DNA of 64,000 nt from Epithemia pelagica (lineage: Eukaryota; Protista; Bacillariophyta). Position numbers and translations under genes: made by a program. How positions within the stretch are numbered: position 1 is the first letter of the stretch; each line of letters starts with the position of its first letter. A model generated the notes under the pieces. The model had not been told where the DNA came from. It saw only the letters and a list, made by a program, of their open reading frames with translations, and did no database searches. The stretch lies in NCBI GenBank assembly GCA_946965045.2, contig OX337230.1, positions 186,001 through 250,000 on the forward strand, in the 5' to 3' direction. Positions 34,901 to 45,230 of this stretch are shown piece by piece.

Positions 34901-35000
34901 AAATGACACTGATGGCGAGTGGGAAGCACGCCAACTATTGGCGTATGTGGGAGACGAAACCAAAGCGGCGGGAACGATTGTAGCAGTGACGGAAAAATAA
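31952..35000 (+). CDS. Partial (5'-truncated) glycosyltransferase family 92/GT-A-like protein with two tandem domains
   Basis: Repeated module SACL..DDNHWL.EWMAYHYHV..LR.LI...DP.SRT (~32230 and ~33680), DxD motifs LTDTDEF and LADTDEF, and HHYLG...QFT/YTFR.DPRD in each half. Confidence 0.7.
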
Positions 35001-35358
35001 AAAGGCGGACATGATTTCTCTTTCTACAAAACCACCGTAACGGCAAATGGTGATGTGTATTAGTACAGCGGAGAGCATTCATGCAGTGATTGATTCTCAC
35101 ATTCTTTGTGATAGGTGTCGCATCTTTGGAAACGCTGTTGCCAAGAAGACAAGACGAAGAAGATTCTGCAGAAGGCGGGAGAGGGCGGTGATATGGCCCT
35201 CGTCACGTCCAAGGGTTTGGAAGTGCCGGAATGGCCGCCACGTTCTGGAGTAGCCCACGAGTGTAATGTCCTTCACGGTATCACGTCCCACCAAGGACTA
35301 CACCACATGTTGGTCCTCCACGGGAGGCTAAGCAATGATGTCCTCGAAAATCATCTGA

Positions 35359-35973
35359 CGGCCGAGAGCTAAGACAAGTGAAGAAAATACAGCTAGCGTG
35401 TCAAAGGTAAGCAACTGTGGCTTGCATGTACCCTGTCACACCAATGCCCAGCAAAAGAAAGTGCGTATCCACAATTTTTTTGTCGCGCCGTGATGGTCCA
35501 GCACCGAAAGCAACAGTTTGTTAGAAGTCGTGTCGCTTCCTAAAATTCGTCAGGGTTTTGGATTTGTGGCAGCATGAGCTGTGCCAAGCACCACACCAGA
35601 CCTCTTCATTGCCTTATCCGAATTCGGCGCAGGCACTGACGCCTCTTACTTCGGGATCTGGATATTGGACTTTGCCCACGCGAATGCCTATATCCCTCTT
35701 AATCCAAATCGGCCTTCGTAATTCCTATAATTCGTATCTTCAGACTGCCTTGACCATAGGCTTACTTCAGAACACTCGCTGGAACCAACTTTGGTGATGG
35801 ACTTAATCACTGATGATTTTGTCACTGACGCATTCTCTCAGTCGGAAGCAGACTTCGTCGTCATCAAGAACGCCACTCCGGATCAAATCGCGAGAAGGCA
35901 AACTCTTCTGTCGAAGCCAAATGTACAACCATTCAACTGGTGTACTTTTACCAGGGATGCCCACCCTCTTTAA
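35359..35973 (+). pseudogene. Possible decayed gene fragment
   Basis: One reading frame gives protein-like text (e.g. DLFIALSEFGAGTDASYFGIWILDFAHANAYIPL; VMDLITDDFVTDAF) interrupted by four in-frame stops; no family identified. Confidence 0.25.
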
Positions 35974-35978
35974 TGTCA

Positions 35979-36812
35979 CTAATTATCACCGTCGTCGTCA
36001 CCATGCATTGAGGCAGCATTGCTCAATTGAACCACCACTTTCCATGCTTCAGGATCACTGTGATTGAGAAAATGCCCATTTTGTTGGGCTTTATATATGC
36101 GCATGCCTACAGCTCGCCTGGAGACATAGCTCATGTCAAAGAAAGGTTGGGAAGTGTCTTGAAGTCTTTCATTGGCAGAATTCACGAGATCGTTGAACTC
36201 GTCCGAATAACTGCAAAATCGAATGCTGTTGTCAAGTCCGCCAAGACAAAGCCCAAACTGGTGGGAATCAAACGCAAGCTTGTGAGTGTGACACAGCCAA
36301 ATAAGATTCATGGCATCGTGGATTTTGAATGGACGATTCCATCCCAGCCCATTAGCCCAATCCTTCAGGATATCCAGAGCCTCGAGACTATCTTCGCCAC
36401 CTGTTGCATAAATATCCTGCTTCTGCAGTACATGAGCGGCTTTGATTTTGTTCTCTGGCAAACCGTCACATCCACACAAGAAGCAACGCTTCGCACCACC
36501 GGGCATCTGCTTTACTCTCAAAAGCTTTACCGATTTGGAAGTCCCTGTTTCGAGGACAGCCTTGTGATAGAATTGCAGTAAATCCAATTTTCTTTTTTTC
36601 TCCTGCTGTTCTTGCCGCTTAGGCGGACCCAACTTGTACCTGCCGCCGTTGACAAGCGACGAATAGCCGCGAACGGTTGCGTTCTTGGCTGTGTCAATCA
36701 AGTAGCGCACGTTGTGATCCTGCACCAGCGCCTGAAATTCTGTATTGTCACTGACCAACGCGTTGATCTCTTCGTCACGAGAGATCACTACTACAATCTG
36801 TTTTGTCCCCAT
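35979..36812 (-). CDS. Crinkler/RHS-like protein: short N-terminal header plus HNH-type endonuclease domain (277 aa)
   Basis: ATG 36812; header ending VRGYSSLVNGGRYKLGPP; CFLCG...AAHVL...MNLIWLCHTHKLAFD resembles the HNH_2 pattern (CxxC, AHI, N, H, FD). Confidence 0.6.
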   Translation of the reverse strand: MGTKQIVVVISRDEEINALVSDNTEFQALVQDHNVRYLIDTAKNATVRGYSSLVNGGRYKLGPPKRQEQQEKKRKLDLLQFYHKAVLETGTSKSVKLLRVKQMPGGAKRCFLCGCDGLPENKIKAAHVLQKQDIYATGGEDSLEALDILKDWANGLGWNRPFKIHDAMNLIWLCHTHKLAFDSHQFGLCLGGLDNSIRFCSYSDEFNDLVNSANERLQDTSQPFFDMSYVSRRAVGMRIYKAQQNGHFLNHSDPEAWKVVVQLSNAASMHGDDDGDN

Positions 36813-37429
36813 GATGAACAAAACTGATGACCATAATATATCCAACGATAGCAATGGTGACAACGACCTCAAACCTCTCAATCGCTGCTGCAAATAGTAA
36901 GGAACGGAGAATAGCGGAATTTGTTCTATGCGGAACTTTGTACTCCCAAGCAAGGGCGAGCAGTTCAGTCGCACAATAGAACGCAACTTTTTTCCGACCA
37001 GGGCCTGCGGGACTCACTCACCCCCGCTGGGGAGTACGGAATTTTGCCTCAAGGGCAAGGGCGGTGCAGCACGTGCAGGTTTCCTGGGGTGACCCCCGCC
37101 TTTCTGCACGCCGGGCGAGCCAATTGACAGCTGCATTCGGCGATCTTCGCAGTATAGCTCTAACCCGTCTTCTAGTAGCCACACAATGTTCATCCAGGAC
37201 GCGGCGGCGGAAGAGGCCATGGTGCGGCGGTCGCGGTCGCTACAGCTTTGGAAATCGGGGTGGTGGCGGGGGTCGCTTTATGGGAACTGGACATCCTTAC
37301 CCTCCGCAGCGTGGAGGCTATGGCTTTCATGGTCGTGGAAACAGTGGTGGTGGTGAGACACAATGTGACTCCGCGCAGCTTCACTCATTTGCATCTCTCG
37401 AAATCACTGTTCCATTTCATATTGGAAAA

Positions 37430-38740
37430 TCTATCGTCTTTTTCCTTTTTGCCATCTTTCGAGCAGCAAAAGAGCAAGATCGAGTGTTTTATATTCGCTG
37501 TACCGCAAACGCGCAAGAAGATGCAAGCTCTTTTTTTTTCTTTCGAAAAAGGCACCGAGGAGAAGTCGGTCAACGTGCATTTCATTCGAACCATAGCGAA
37601 GATCAAGGAGACCGATAGCTCTCCTCCCGGCCTAAAAAAGGCTAGGTTTGACTTGTCACTGTGGAGGGTCAATCGACTGACAAATTGGTCATGATGACTG
37701 ACGGGGTTGAGCCAAGTTTATACAATTCATTTGGGTGAATTTTCTCACTATCTTCATCAGGCGGTGAAATGTGGGCGGGAGAAACAGATTTCCATGATGA
37801 TTACGATCCTACCCCTTCGGTAACCAATATTGTCATGGGTGCTTGGAGCTTTGACGATCTGAAAATTGCGGTCAAGCGTTGTCGACGTGATGCGGGTAGG
37901 CCTTTTGACGACGAATTATTTGAAAACATTTATTTCGTGACGGGTGGGCGCATTCGTGACGCTATGATCATGTACAACTCAAAGCAAGTGATAACGGAAG
38001 ATGCGGATCAAATCGTCCAAAGAGTATCAAAAGGTGGCGCAAAAGTGGCTTTGATGCGAGTTAACGAGAGCTCATCGTCTGAGTACGTGGATGCATTACG
38101 CTCCATCTTCCGCTGCCACGACCATACCACAAGGAGAGATTTTGATGCTGTCGATATTCTGGTGGACAGCCATTATCTGATGCGCAAATTGCATGACAAA
38201 GTGGACGGAGATGAGATTTTAAGGTCCTATCATTCTGCTTTGGACCGCGGAATGAGGAGAGTCGCGGCTGTCTACTTTGAAGAGTTTCTTCATTGGTGTA
38301 TGTCCCGGCCAGGCAAGTTCGACAGCATCTCGGGCTTTTTAAGCACTGCTGGCCTTGGAACTGGCGAAGAAAGTGTGCGGATGCTGAAAACGAGTGATTG
38401 CTACTGGATTCCGAGTATCCCAAATTTTGTCAACGTGGACTCTGCCATTGTAAGGCATGACGATCGGCTGTTTTGCTTTCGATACACAATCCAGCCGACC
38501 CATACACACAAAACACAAAGGCTTGGACCGAAATTGCGGAACAAGTTGTGGACACCGATTTCGGAAACCACAATCATCTTTGTGACACCGGCGGATGTGC
38601 AATTTACACCCCCAAACGATGCCACCACCGAATGCCATGTGAAAGTGATGCAAGTCTGCTGTGACAGTCTGCACGACGTCAACGAAGGCCTTACGAAGGT
38701 TGTGGCTGAAACAATGGCCGCACCATCAACACTGGAATGA
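37430..38740 (+). pseudogene. 5'-decayed Crinkler/RHS-like NTPase + restriction-endonuclease-fold gene (intact part 37769-38740)
   Basis: YFVTGGRIRDA, FEEFLHW and YWIPSIPNFVNVDSAIV...FCFRYTIQPTH resemble CR-NTPase/REase motifs. The same frame has a stop at 37736, and upstream fragments lie in another frame. Confidence 0.5.
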
Positions 38741-38744
38741 AAAG

Positions 38745-39228
38745 AACTGCATTCATCAGTACGTGTTACAGAAGTGGCTCTATGGATCTTACAGAGCTGA
38801 TGGGTCTGGCATACCCATGTGTCATGACGATTCCCAATCCGTCAATCATGCCGTCGTGGCAGTGGGATTGGTCACAACCAAACTCGATGTGCGGTACGTC
38901 CCCTATTCTTACCTTATCTCATTTCTACTACAAGGATTCACATATGAAACTTCAATAGGTAGGAATGCAATACAGACAACAAGGCAACTCTTTGAGAACA
39001 AAATGATTATTCTATTATAGTTTAACACGGCCGCACTAATAGGGGGCGCGCACACAGGTCTTGGAGGTGTACAATATTACCAGCTGAGCCAAAGGCGATT
39101 TGGAATATGCCGTCGGGCACATTGAATCCGTCATTGTGGCCTATCAAGTCACACCATATTTTCGTCTCTATGCGCATGGGGTTTACGACAGTATTAATGC
39201 CACCACGGTGACGCATAACAATTGTCAA
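38745..39228 (-). pseudogene. Possible decayed gene fragment
   Basis: Protein-like segments (VNPMRIETKIWCDLIG...FQIAFGSAG; KVRIGDVPHIEFG...LGIVMTHGYARP) separated by stops and frameshifts; no family identified. Confidence 0.3.
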
Positions 39229-39497
39229 TCAAGAGTAGAGAGAGTCTCATGTCTTTCTTTCTCTCTCTTTACTAGCAGAGAAGATCCTTTTGTTTGGTTT
39301 CCGAGCACAGGGTCGTGTTCGGTGGATCGAACCACAGTTACAAGAGGTTTGTTGTGCCGTTTCCCAATTCCACACTGTTCCTCCATATACGAATGTTTAT
39401 TCTCCTAGAAAAACCATTGATGATAACAGATCAAACTACTTCCGTACAAACTACTACCGTACACTTCTCCTCTTTGTCCTAGTACTGCGTGCACATT

Positions 39498-40586
39498 TCA
39501 ACCCATGGTCCTGTTGGACAAGTGTTTGCGTTTGCGCTTTTTCCGTTTGTTGGTGTTGGCCTTGCCCCAACACGATGCGTTCGAACCAAACAGTTCTGCC
39601 ATTACTTCCGACGATGTTTTGGTGTCGTACAAGTCCAATTCAATCAAGGCATGAGACGAATGTTCTTGTACGAATCGACGAACGTTGTGGACATGATTGC
39701 AAAGCCACTCTTGCAATTCCGTCTCATTGCCCTTACCCTTGGGCAACCCCGGCAAATCACAGTCCTTTAACCGGTCACTCATAAACGTCCCATTGTTTAC
39801 ACTGTGTACGCGCCAGTTGATGAGACTGGTGTACCAATCATGGAACGGACGAAAATTCAAAATAAAGGTAGCGTTGGGTTCTTCTTCATGAATTTGTTCC
39901 AATTCCGACATTTGCGGGTAATGACAAGCATTCCGATGGGGCCAGTTGATATCCAACTGGAGCCATGCCTGTGAATTATCTATATTGCAAGTCTGTACCA
40001 CAGGTTTCCCCTCCATGTGAGCGTTCTTGAAGCACATTCCGTTTTCACCATGATTGGCCGGAATTCCAGAGCATTTGAAAAACTCAAAAAGGGTTGTGGA
40101 ACCAATCTTTGGCATACCCAAATTAAACACTGGAAGGGATATGGGACGAGGAATCATGCCTTGTTGTTGTTGCTTGACAAGATTCCATGTACCCTCAGCG
40201 TTGGGTTTCATGCATGAGAGAAGAGGCTTGGGAAGTCCTTCTTGATTCGTTGGCTTGTCATGGTCTGGGGTATGAGTACATCCTGTTGAGTTCTTGTTGT
40301 TGGTCAGACACGACCACGTTCTTGAAGTCGAGTCATTGTTGTTGTTTGGAGCCGTTCTGTATGGCAATACAACAGAATCTGAGGTCAACAACCAAAAGTA
40401 GTCGTCAAACTGTTTCTCTGACGCTACGAATGTCGTTCTTGTCGATGGGTTGTCGTACCACCACCGTGCCAAACCGTGATTGAGAATCGACAAGATCACC
40501 AATGCCACCAGGAAAATCGCATAATGCAAAGACAGTCTCCCTCGTCGTTGCAGTCGTTGTTGTTGGGACTCTATCGTCGTTGTCAT
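39498..40586 (-). CDS. Membrane-anchored P-loop sulfotransferase-like protein (Sulfotransfer_4-like, 362 aa)
   Basis: N-terminal TM helix; 5'-PSB-like VFNLGMPKIGSTTL; EPNATFILNFRPFHDWYTSL. Confidence 0.7.
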   Translation of the reverse strand: MTTTIESQQQRLQRRGRLSLHYAIFLVALVILSILNHGLARWWYDNPSTRTTFVASEKQFDDYFWLLTSDSVVLPYRTAPNNNNDSTSRTWSCLTNNKNSTGCTHTPDHDKPTNQEGLPKPLLSCMKPNAEGTWNLVKQQQQGMIPRPISLPVFNLGMPKIGSTTLFEFFKCSGIPANHGENGMCFKNAHMEGKPVVQTCNIDNSQAWLQLDINWPHRNACHYPQMSELEQIHEEEPNATFILNFRPFHDWYTSLINWRVHSVNNGTFMSDRLKDCDLPGLPKGKGNETELQEWLCNHVHNVRRFVQEHSSHALIELDLYDTKTSSEVMAELFGSNASCWGKANTNKRKKRKRKHLSNRTMG

Positions 40587-40943
40587 GCTTATTTCTCGTT
40601 GTTTGCGTCCCTTGAATCGGTACAAGGTACACGAGACCACAAAACGAAAAATATGAGACCAACGGAACGGTAGCTCTGCAGACGCGCGGTCGCTGAAGAG
40701 AGAAAAGTGCATGGTAGTCGCTTAAAGATCGCATTAAACATCCCAACTATCGGTACCCATATACTCTCTCTACCTAGATAAATAGGTAGGAGTAGGCGTA
40801 TATATTATTACATACCTATTGACAGGGGGACGGAGTATATGATTCCAATTCTTATGTAATGGAAGAGGATACCATTTCTATGCCACTCGTAAAGATAATG
40901 TGTGGATGGGTGTAGAAGAATCTCCTCTCTCGTTCGTCAACGT

Positions 40944-42092
40944 TTAAAAGGGCGAAATGCCCATTCCTTCAAGAAAATGATACCATCCATTGGGCTGCTG
41001 CTCACAGAGTCGACGAAAACACCGTGTATTCTTGTCTAGTAGTGGTAATGTCACAGAGGAAGGATTGGACGATCCACTAATCGCGGCAATTTGATTGGCA
41101 ACAGTCACCATACTGCAGCCATCACGGCGATTCCCGATTGATGGCAGATTCCACACGCGGTTGCGATGCGTATCCAAGACTTCCACAGTCGAATTCACAG
41201 TTGAATTGTTCCATTCTCCGGCCACCACCAGACAAGATCCCACGGCAACCACTGTACAAGCACCTCCTCCATTGGAAAGCACCAAATCAGAATGAGTGAT
41301 CCAAGTGGACGAAAAGGAAATGAATGTCGAACCAGTCTCCTTTTTTCTCTCATCATTTTCACAGGGTGTTGCAAAATCCAAATATTCCACCGAGTCAACA
41401 TTGCCGCCCCTGTTTTCGCCTCCAACGACATAGATGCGGTGGCCAATGACCGCACTGGCACAGGATGATCGAGTAACAGTCAATCTTGATCCCTTTAGAA
41501 CAGAGTGATTGTTGGTATCAATGATATCCACCAACGACCTGTGTTGCCTCCCGTCGTGTCCACCCATTACAACAATATATCGATTGAGAACCGCGACAGC
41601 ACAACATCCATCTCGTCCCGTCGATAATCGACAGTTTAACGTTTTCCAATGGCTCTCATGCGTACTGCTTGATGTCGAAGAAGATTGCAGCAAATCATTG
41701 ATATCAATTCGTTCCATGCAATCCAAAGATCGTCCTACTCCATTGTATCCTCCCATCACGTAGACGCCTCCGTTGCACACAACAGCGGCATGTTCGTCAC
41801 GTTTCTTGTTCATGCGAGGTCCCTCTCGCCATTGTTTGTTTGCTTCTGCAAGATTCAATGCAAGAACCGAATCGATCTCGCCATGACCTCTTTGATATCC
41901 TCCCATCACAACGACTGTTTGTGCCTTGTCGTTGTGATTGTCGCTCGTAACGGGATGATCGAGTACGACCGTAGCATGACCGTCGCGCGCTCCTCCCTCT
42001 AGAGGAGGCCAGTCGTTAATATTCCATTCTTCTCTCTCGTCGGAAAGGGCAAGGCCCGACTGCCATGCTTCTTTTTGCAGTGTCATGACCAT
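40944..42092 (-). CDS. Kelch-repeat protein (382 aa)
   Basis: Repeated GG..W kelch blades (VVVMGGY, VYVMGGYNG, IVVMGGHDG, IYVVGGEN, R..C.AV). Confidence 0.85.
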   Translation of the reverse strand: MVMTLQKEAWQSGLALSDEREEWNINDWPPLEGGARDGHATVVLDHPVTSDNHNDKAQTVVVMGGYQRGHGEIDSVLALNLAEANKQWREGPRMNKKRDEHAAVVCNGGVYVMGGYNGVGRSLDCMERIDINDLLQSSSTSSSTHESHWKTLNCRLSTGRDGCCAVAVLNRYIVVMGGHDGRQHRSLVDIIDTNNHSVLKGSRLTVTRSSCASAVIGHRIYVVGGENRGGNVDSVEYLDFATPCENDERKKETGSTFISFSSTWITHSDLVLSNGGGACTVVAVGSCLVVAGEWNNSTVNSTVEVLDTHRNRVWNLPSIGNRRDGCSMVTVANQIAAISGSSNPSSVTLPLLDKNTRCFRRLCEQQPNGWYHFLEGMGISPF

Positions 42093-42582
42093 TGTGGTTC
42101 CAAACGTTGACTGCAGCTTTTTTATGGGGATCGAAACTGTGTAAGAGGTGTAGGTGGGTTTGCTGCTGCTGATGGGCGCAGACTGGAAGCACGACTAACT
42201 TTGCAAGTCCCAAACGTGTGTAGAGGATTGACTTGTCGAATTACATCATGAAGAGGCTACCGTTTTTTTTTTGCACCTCCTGTCTGTCCCATGGTCATTT
42301 TGCGTCGACAACACATTGTTCTCTGGATACACGTTTATGTCGTCTATCTGTGTTGGTCCTCCGATCTAGACCTCTAGCTTGGGTATATCTTTCGAGTGAA
42401 ACTCTCTTTTGTTGCTGTTGTTGTCTTCTCTCTCGTTCGTCGTATCCCAAACAACACACATCCGATCGAGATTCCTAAGACCTTTTGGTTGGGACGACAC
42501 GAATGGAAGACCGGACTTTACAGATGCGTGTTTTCGAAAACAGCAGGATTGTGCGGGGACTCCTCCAAAAGAACGACAAGTG

Positions 42583-44622
42583 TCACTGGGAAACGACACG
42601 GGGAAAGAGACCTCGTTTGGTTCCAGTGGTGGCGGTCGTCGCACGCAAAAGCGCCTTGGATTCTTGTTTCAAGGATTGAAATGTCATGGATTCAGACTGC
42701 CGATAAACTTCGGTCCAAAATTCTCGTGATTGCTGTATGAATGATGATGATGAGAATGGCTCGTCCTCGGACAATGACAACGACGACGACGATGAGAGCC
42801 ACAGGGGGTCCAGTTTTTTAAGTAAGGTACGCGTTTGCAACAATCCCGAAGCATTTGTGGTTGCCCAATGGTGAATGGTGGGCTCATGTTCGATAGTCTC
42901 TGACTTTTGGACGATGGTGGTGATATTTGAGGATGATGATAATGATAATGATGTGGGTAGTCGACTCTTTTGATTCAGTTTTGTCATGTTCGTGTCCTTG
43001 CTGGTATGAGTATTTGTTTTGTCGTCTCCTGCTGGAACCGTCTTGTACCAACGGACGAGTGTGGCATTGCTCAAGAGACCGGCCCAACATGCATACGTCG
43101 ATTTGGAAAAGCCCACAAAGGTGGCTTGGGTCGACAGGGCAAAACAAAAATCTTGGACGCCCGATTGATTGGCAATCAATCGGACATTCCAACCGTGTGC
43201 TTGCAAGGCGTGTGCATGGGGAAGGGCAGTTTTGGGAAAGCGGCTCAGAATGGCCAATCGATTGTTGCTGGTGTTGGTGGTGTTTGCGGATTGCTGGCTC
43301 ATGATGCTGCTGTTGTGCCTGCTACGGTTGGTGGCCTGCGGATTGTTGCTGCTGCTCGGTGATGGGGGTCGTCCCAACAAGTTATGTGCCGCATCGTGTG
43401 GGGACAATTCTCCCAGCAAATGTTCATGTCGAGGCAATGGCTTGGCCACTTCGGTGACAAAGTTTCGAAAATGAAAGACTGTTTCGTCGGGATCGGCCCA
43501 CAACCGACAACACGAGGGACGCATTCGAAACCAGTGTCGTAGTTCGTGGTACAACAAGATGTCGTCCTTTGCCAAAATCAATTGGGGGGAAAGCATTTCC
43601 GTCACGGTCAAATAGGGTATCGAATAGGGATTGTTGGGAAAGGAAGACGGCACTGGGAAGGACATGTTCGATCGTCGTCCGTTTTGTTGTTGTTCTTGTT
43701 CCTGTTCGGCTTGATATTGTTGTTTCAGCAAGTTCTGGAGAAACTTGATTTGGGAGACAGTCTTGACATTTTGCAATGGACGAAGGGCGTCGTCGGAGTG
43801 GTTTGTTGTTGTTGGCTGGTGAGGAGGAGAAGATCTCGAGGATGCCGCCGCAGCAGCCTGAGCTGTCAACCATGTTTGTTGCGCTTGTTGGACCGGTCCA
43901 AACTGGGTGACATCGTAAATGCCACCATTGAATTCCAAATCTTCTAGTCCGGGGAAACACTCGTAAATGTCGGTGGCCGCCCGTGTCCATCGGGAATGGT
44001 TTTGATGTTGTCCAATAAGATGGAGGGAAAGTCCGGGCAAGGCCCGTTCGACGTACCGTTGGATGCGTTTGGCTTGGGCCAAGACACTGAGATGATTGCA
44101 CAATTCTCCCCGCAACAACACCAGGACCGTCAAGGTGCGATTCTGCAGCCACGGAGCCGCAGCCGCAACAGTTGGGGAATTGTTGTCATCTCCTCCTCGT
44201 TCCTTATTGTTGTTGTTGTGGGCAGGAGAAGAAACAGCCCCCACAGTACTAATAGTCGTATTCGTCCGCGTCAATGATACTAATGACATGGACGAGTCCT
44301 GTGTACCCCATTCCATGCTGACGTGAGGCACATATCTCCACAAGTCGTTGTAGTAGTTGTTGGTTGTGGATTCATTCATGGAATGGTTGTTGTTGTCGTG
44401 CCACCGAGATCGGGACATCCAGTTTACGGGCATAGAATTATTCGGTATCGTCCTTCCAATCCAAACGACGACGAGCCACAACAGGGCCCCACCTCGAAAC
44501 CACCATTTTCGTTTGGGCCAGCATTTCCGTTGTTGGTTTTGAGTTACTCCTACTACTCTTGAACATTGTGCTGGTGCTGCAATTGCCTTGTTTTGTGGAG
44601 GTGGCAGGGCTACTTTTGACAT
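42583..44622 (-). CDS. Type II membrane glycosyltransferase, GT11/fucosyltransferase-like (679 aa)
   Basis: N-terminal TM; LRGELCNHL (cf. G.LGNQ), VFHFRNF and QDFCFAL...VGFSKSTYACWAGLL (cf. D..l...NSTFSWWAA.L). Confidence 0.55.
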   Translation of the reverse strand: MSKVALPPPQNKAIAAPAQCSRVVGVTQNQQRKCWPKRKWWFRGGALLWLVVVWIGRTIPNNSMPVNWMSRSRWHDNNNHSMNESTTNNYYNDLWRYVPHVSMEWGTQDSSMSLVSLTRTNTTISTVGAVSSPAHNNNNKERGGDDNNSPTVAAAAPWLQNRTLTVLVLLRGELCNHLSVLAQAKRIQRYVERALPGLSLHLIGQHQNHSRWTRAATDIYECFPGLEDLEFNGGIYDVTQFGPVQQAQQTWLTAQAAAAASSRSSPPHQPTTTNHSDDALRPLQNVKTVSQIKFLQNLLKQQYQAEQEQEQQQNGRRSNMSFPVPSSFPNNPYSIPYLTVTEMLSPQLILAKDDILLYHELRHWFRMRPSCCRLWADPDETVFHFRNFVTEVAKPLPRHEHLLGELSPHDAAHNLLGRPPSPSSSNNPQATNRSRHNSSIMSQQSANTTNTSNNRLAILSRFPKTALPHAHALQAHGWNVRLIANQSGVQDFCFALSTQATFVGFSKSTYACWAGLLSNATLVRWYKTVPAGDDKTNTHTSKDTNMTKLNQKSRLPTSLSLSSSSNITTIVQKSETIEHEPTIHHWATTNASGLLQTRTLLKKLDPLWLSSSSSLSLSEDEPFSSSSFIQQSREFWTEVYRQSESMTFQSLKQESKALLRATTATTGTKRGLFPRVVSQ

Positions 44623-45230
44623 GATTGAAGGGAATATGGATCAGGCATATGGATCAGGCTTGTCCTCCTCTTGTTGTTGTCGTGTGATCAATGATCGAAC
44701 AACAAACACAGATTCACAAGGCTGGAACCATGGAGAAACCAACAGCATATACCGACAGTTCCGGAAACCACCCAACAGCCAACATCAGGGGCTTAATACC
44801 TTATGTGGGTGTAGCAAAGGAGTCAATCGTCATCAACCCCCATGATGCCGCCGCTGTTGGTCCGATGAGACGACCGTTGAGATCCGAAACCACAAAACAT
44901 GAGGACGAGAGATGCGAGAGCCAGAGCGGAGTAGGCCACGCGCGCAGAGGAGATACATGCGCGCCGGGGGACACGGGGAAGCAATGATAGTTTAGGTTGT
45001 CTATCTGTGTCGGTCTACTCCTCTATACTACCTCTAGCTAGGAGTATAGCAAATACTCCTATGGATACCTATCTTTTTTGATTGCAACTTTTTTCTGTTG
45101 GATCTTTTCCGTTGTTTGCCTCCATCCATTCATCAAAAATATAGATCTCGACACCCAACGAAACAACAACAAACAAAACGACAAAGAATAAAACATTCCG
45201 TCAACAAGCAGTAGAGAGTGTGTGTGTGGC

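Noticed and set aside
31206-35000. ORFs 31581..35000, 31206..31964, 31555..32013 and 31636..32316 read through the N gap
   Set aside because: Continuity through Ns is artefactual; only the flanking parts were annotated.
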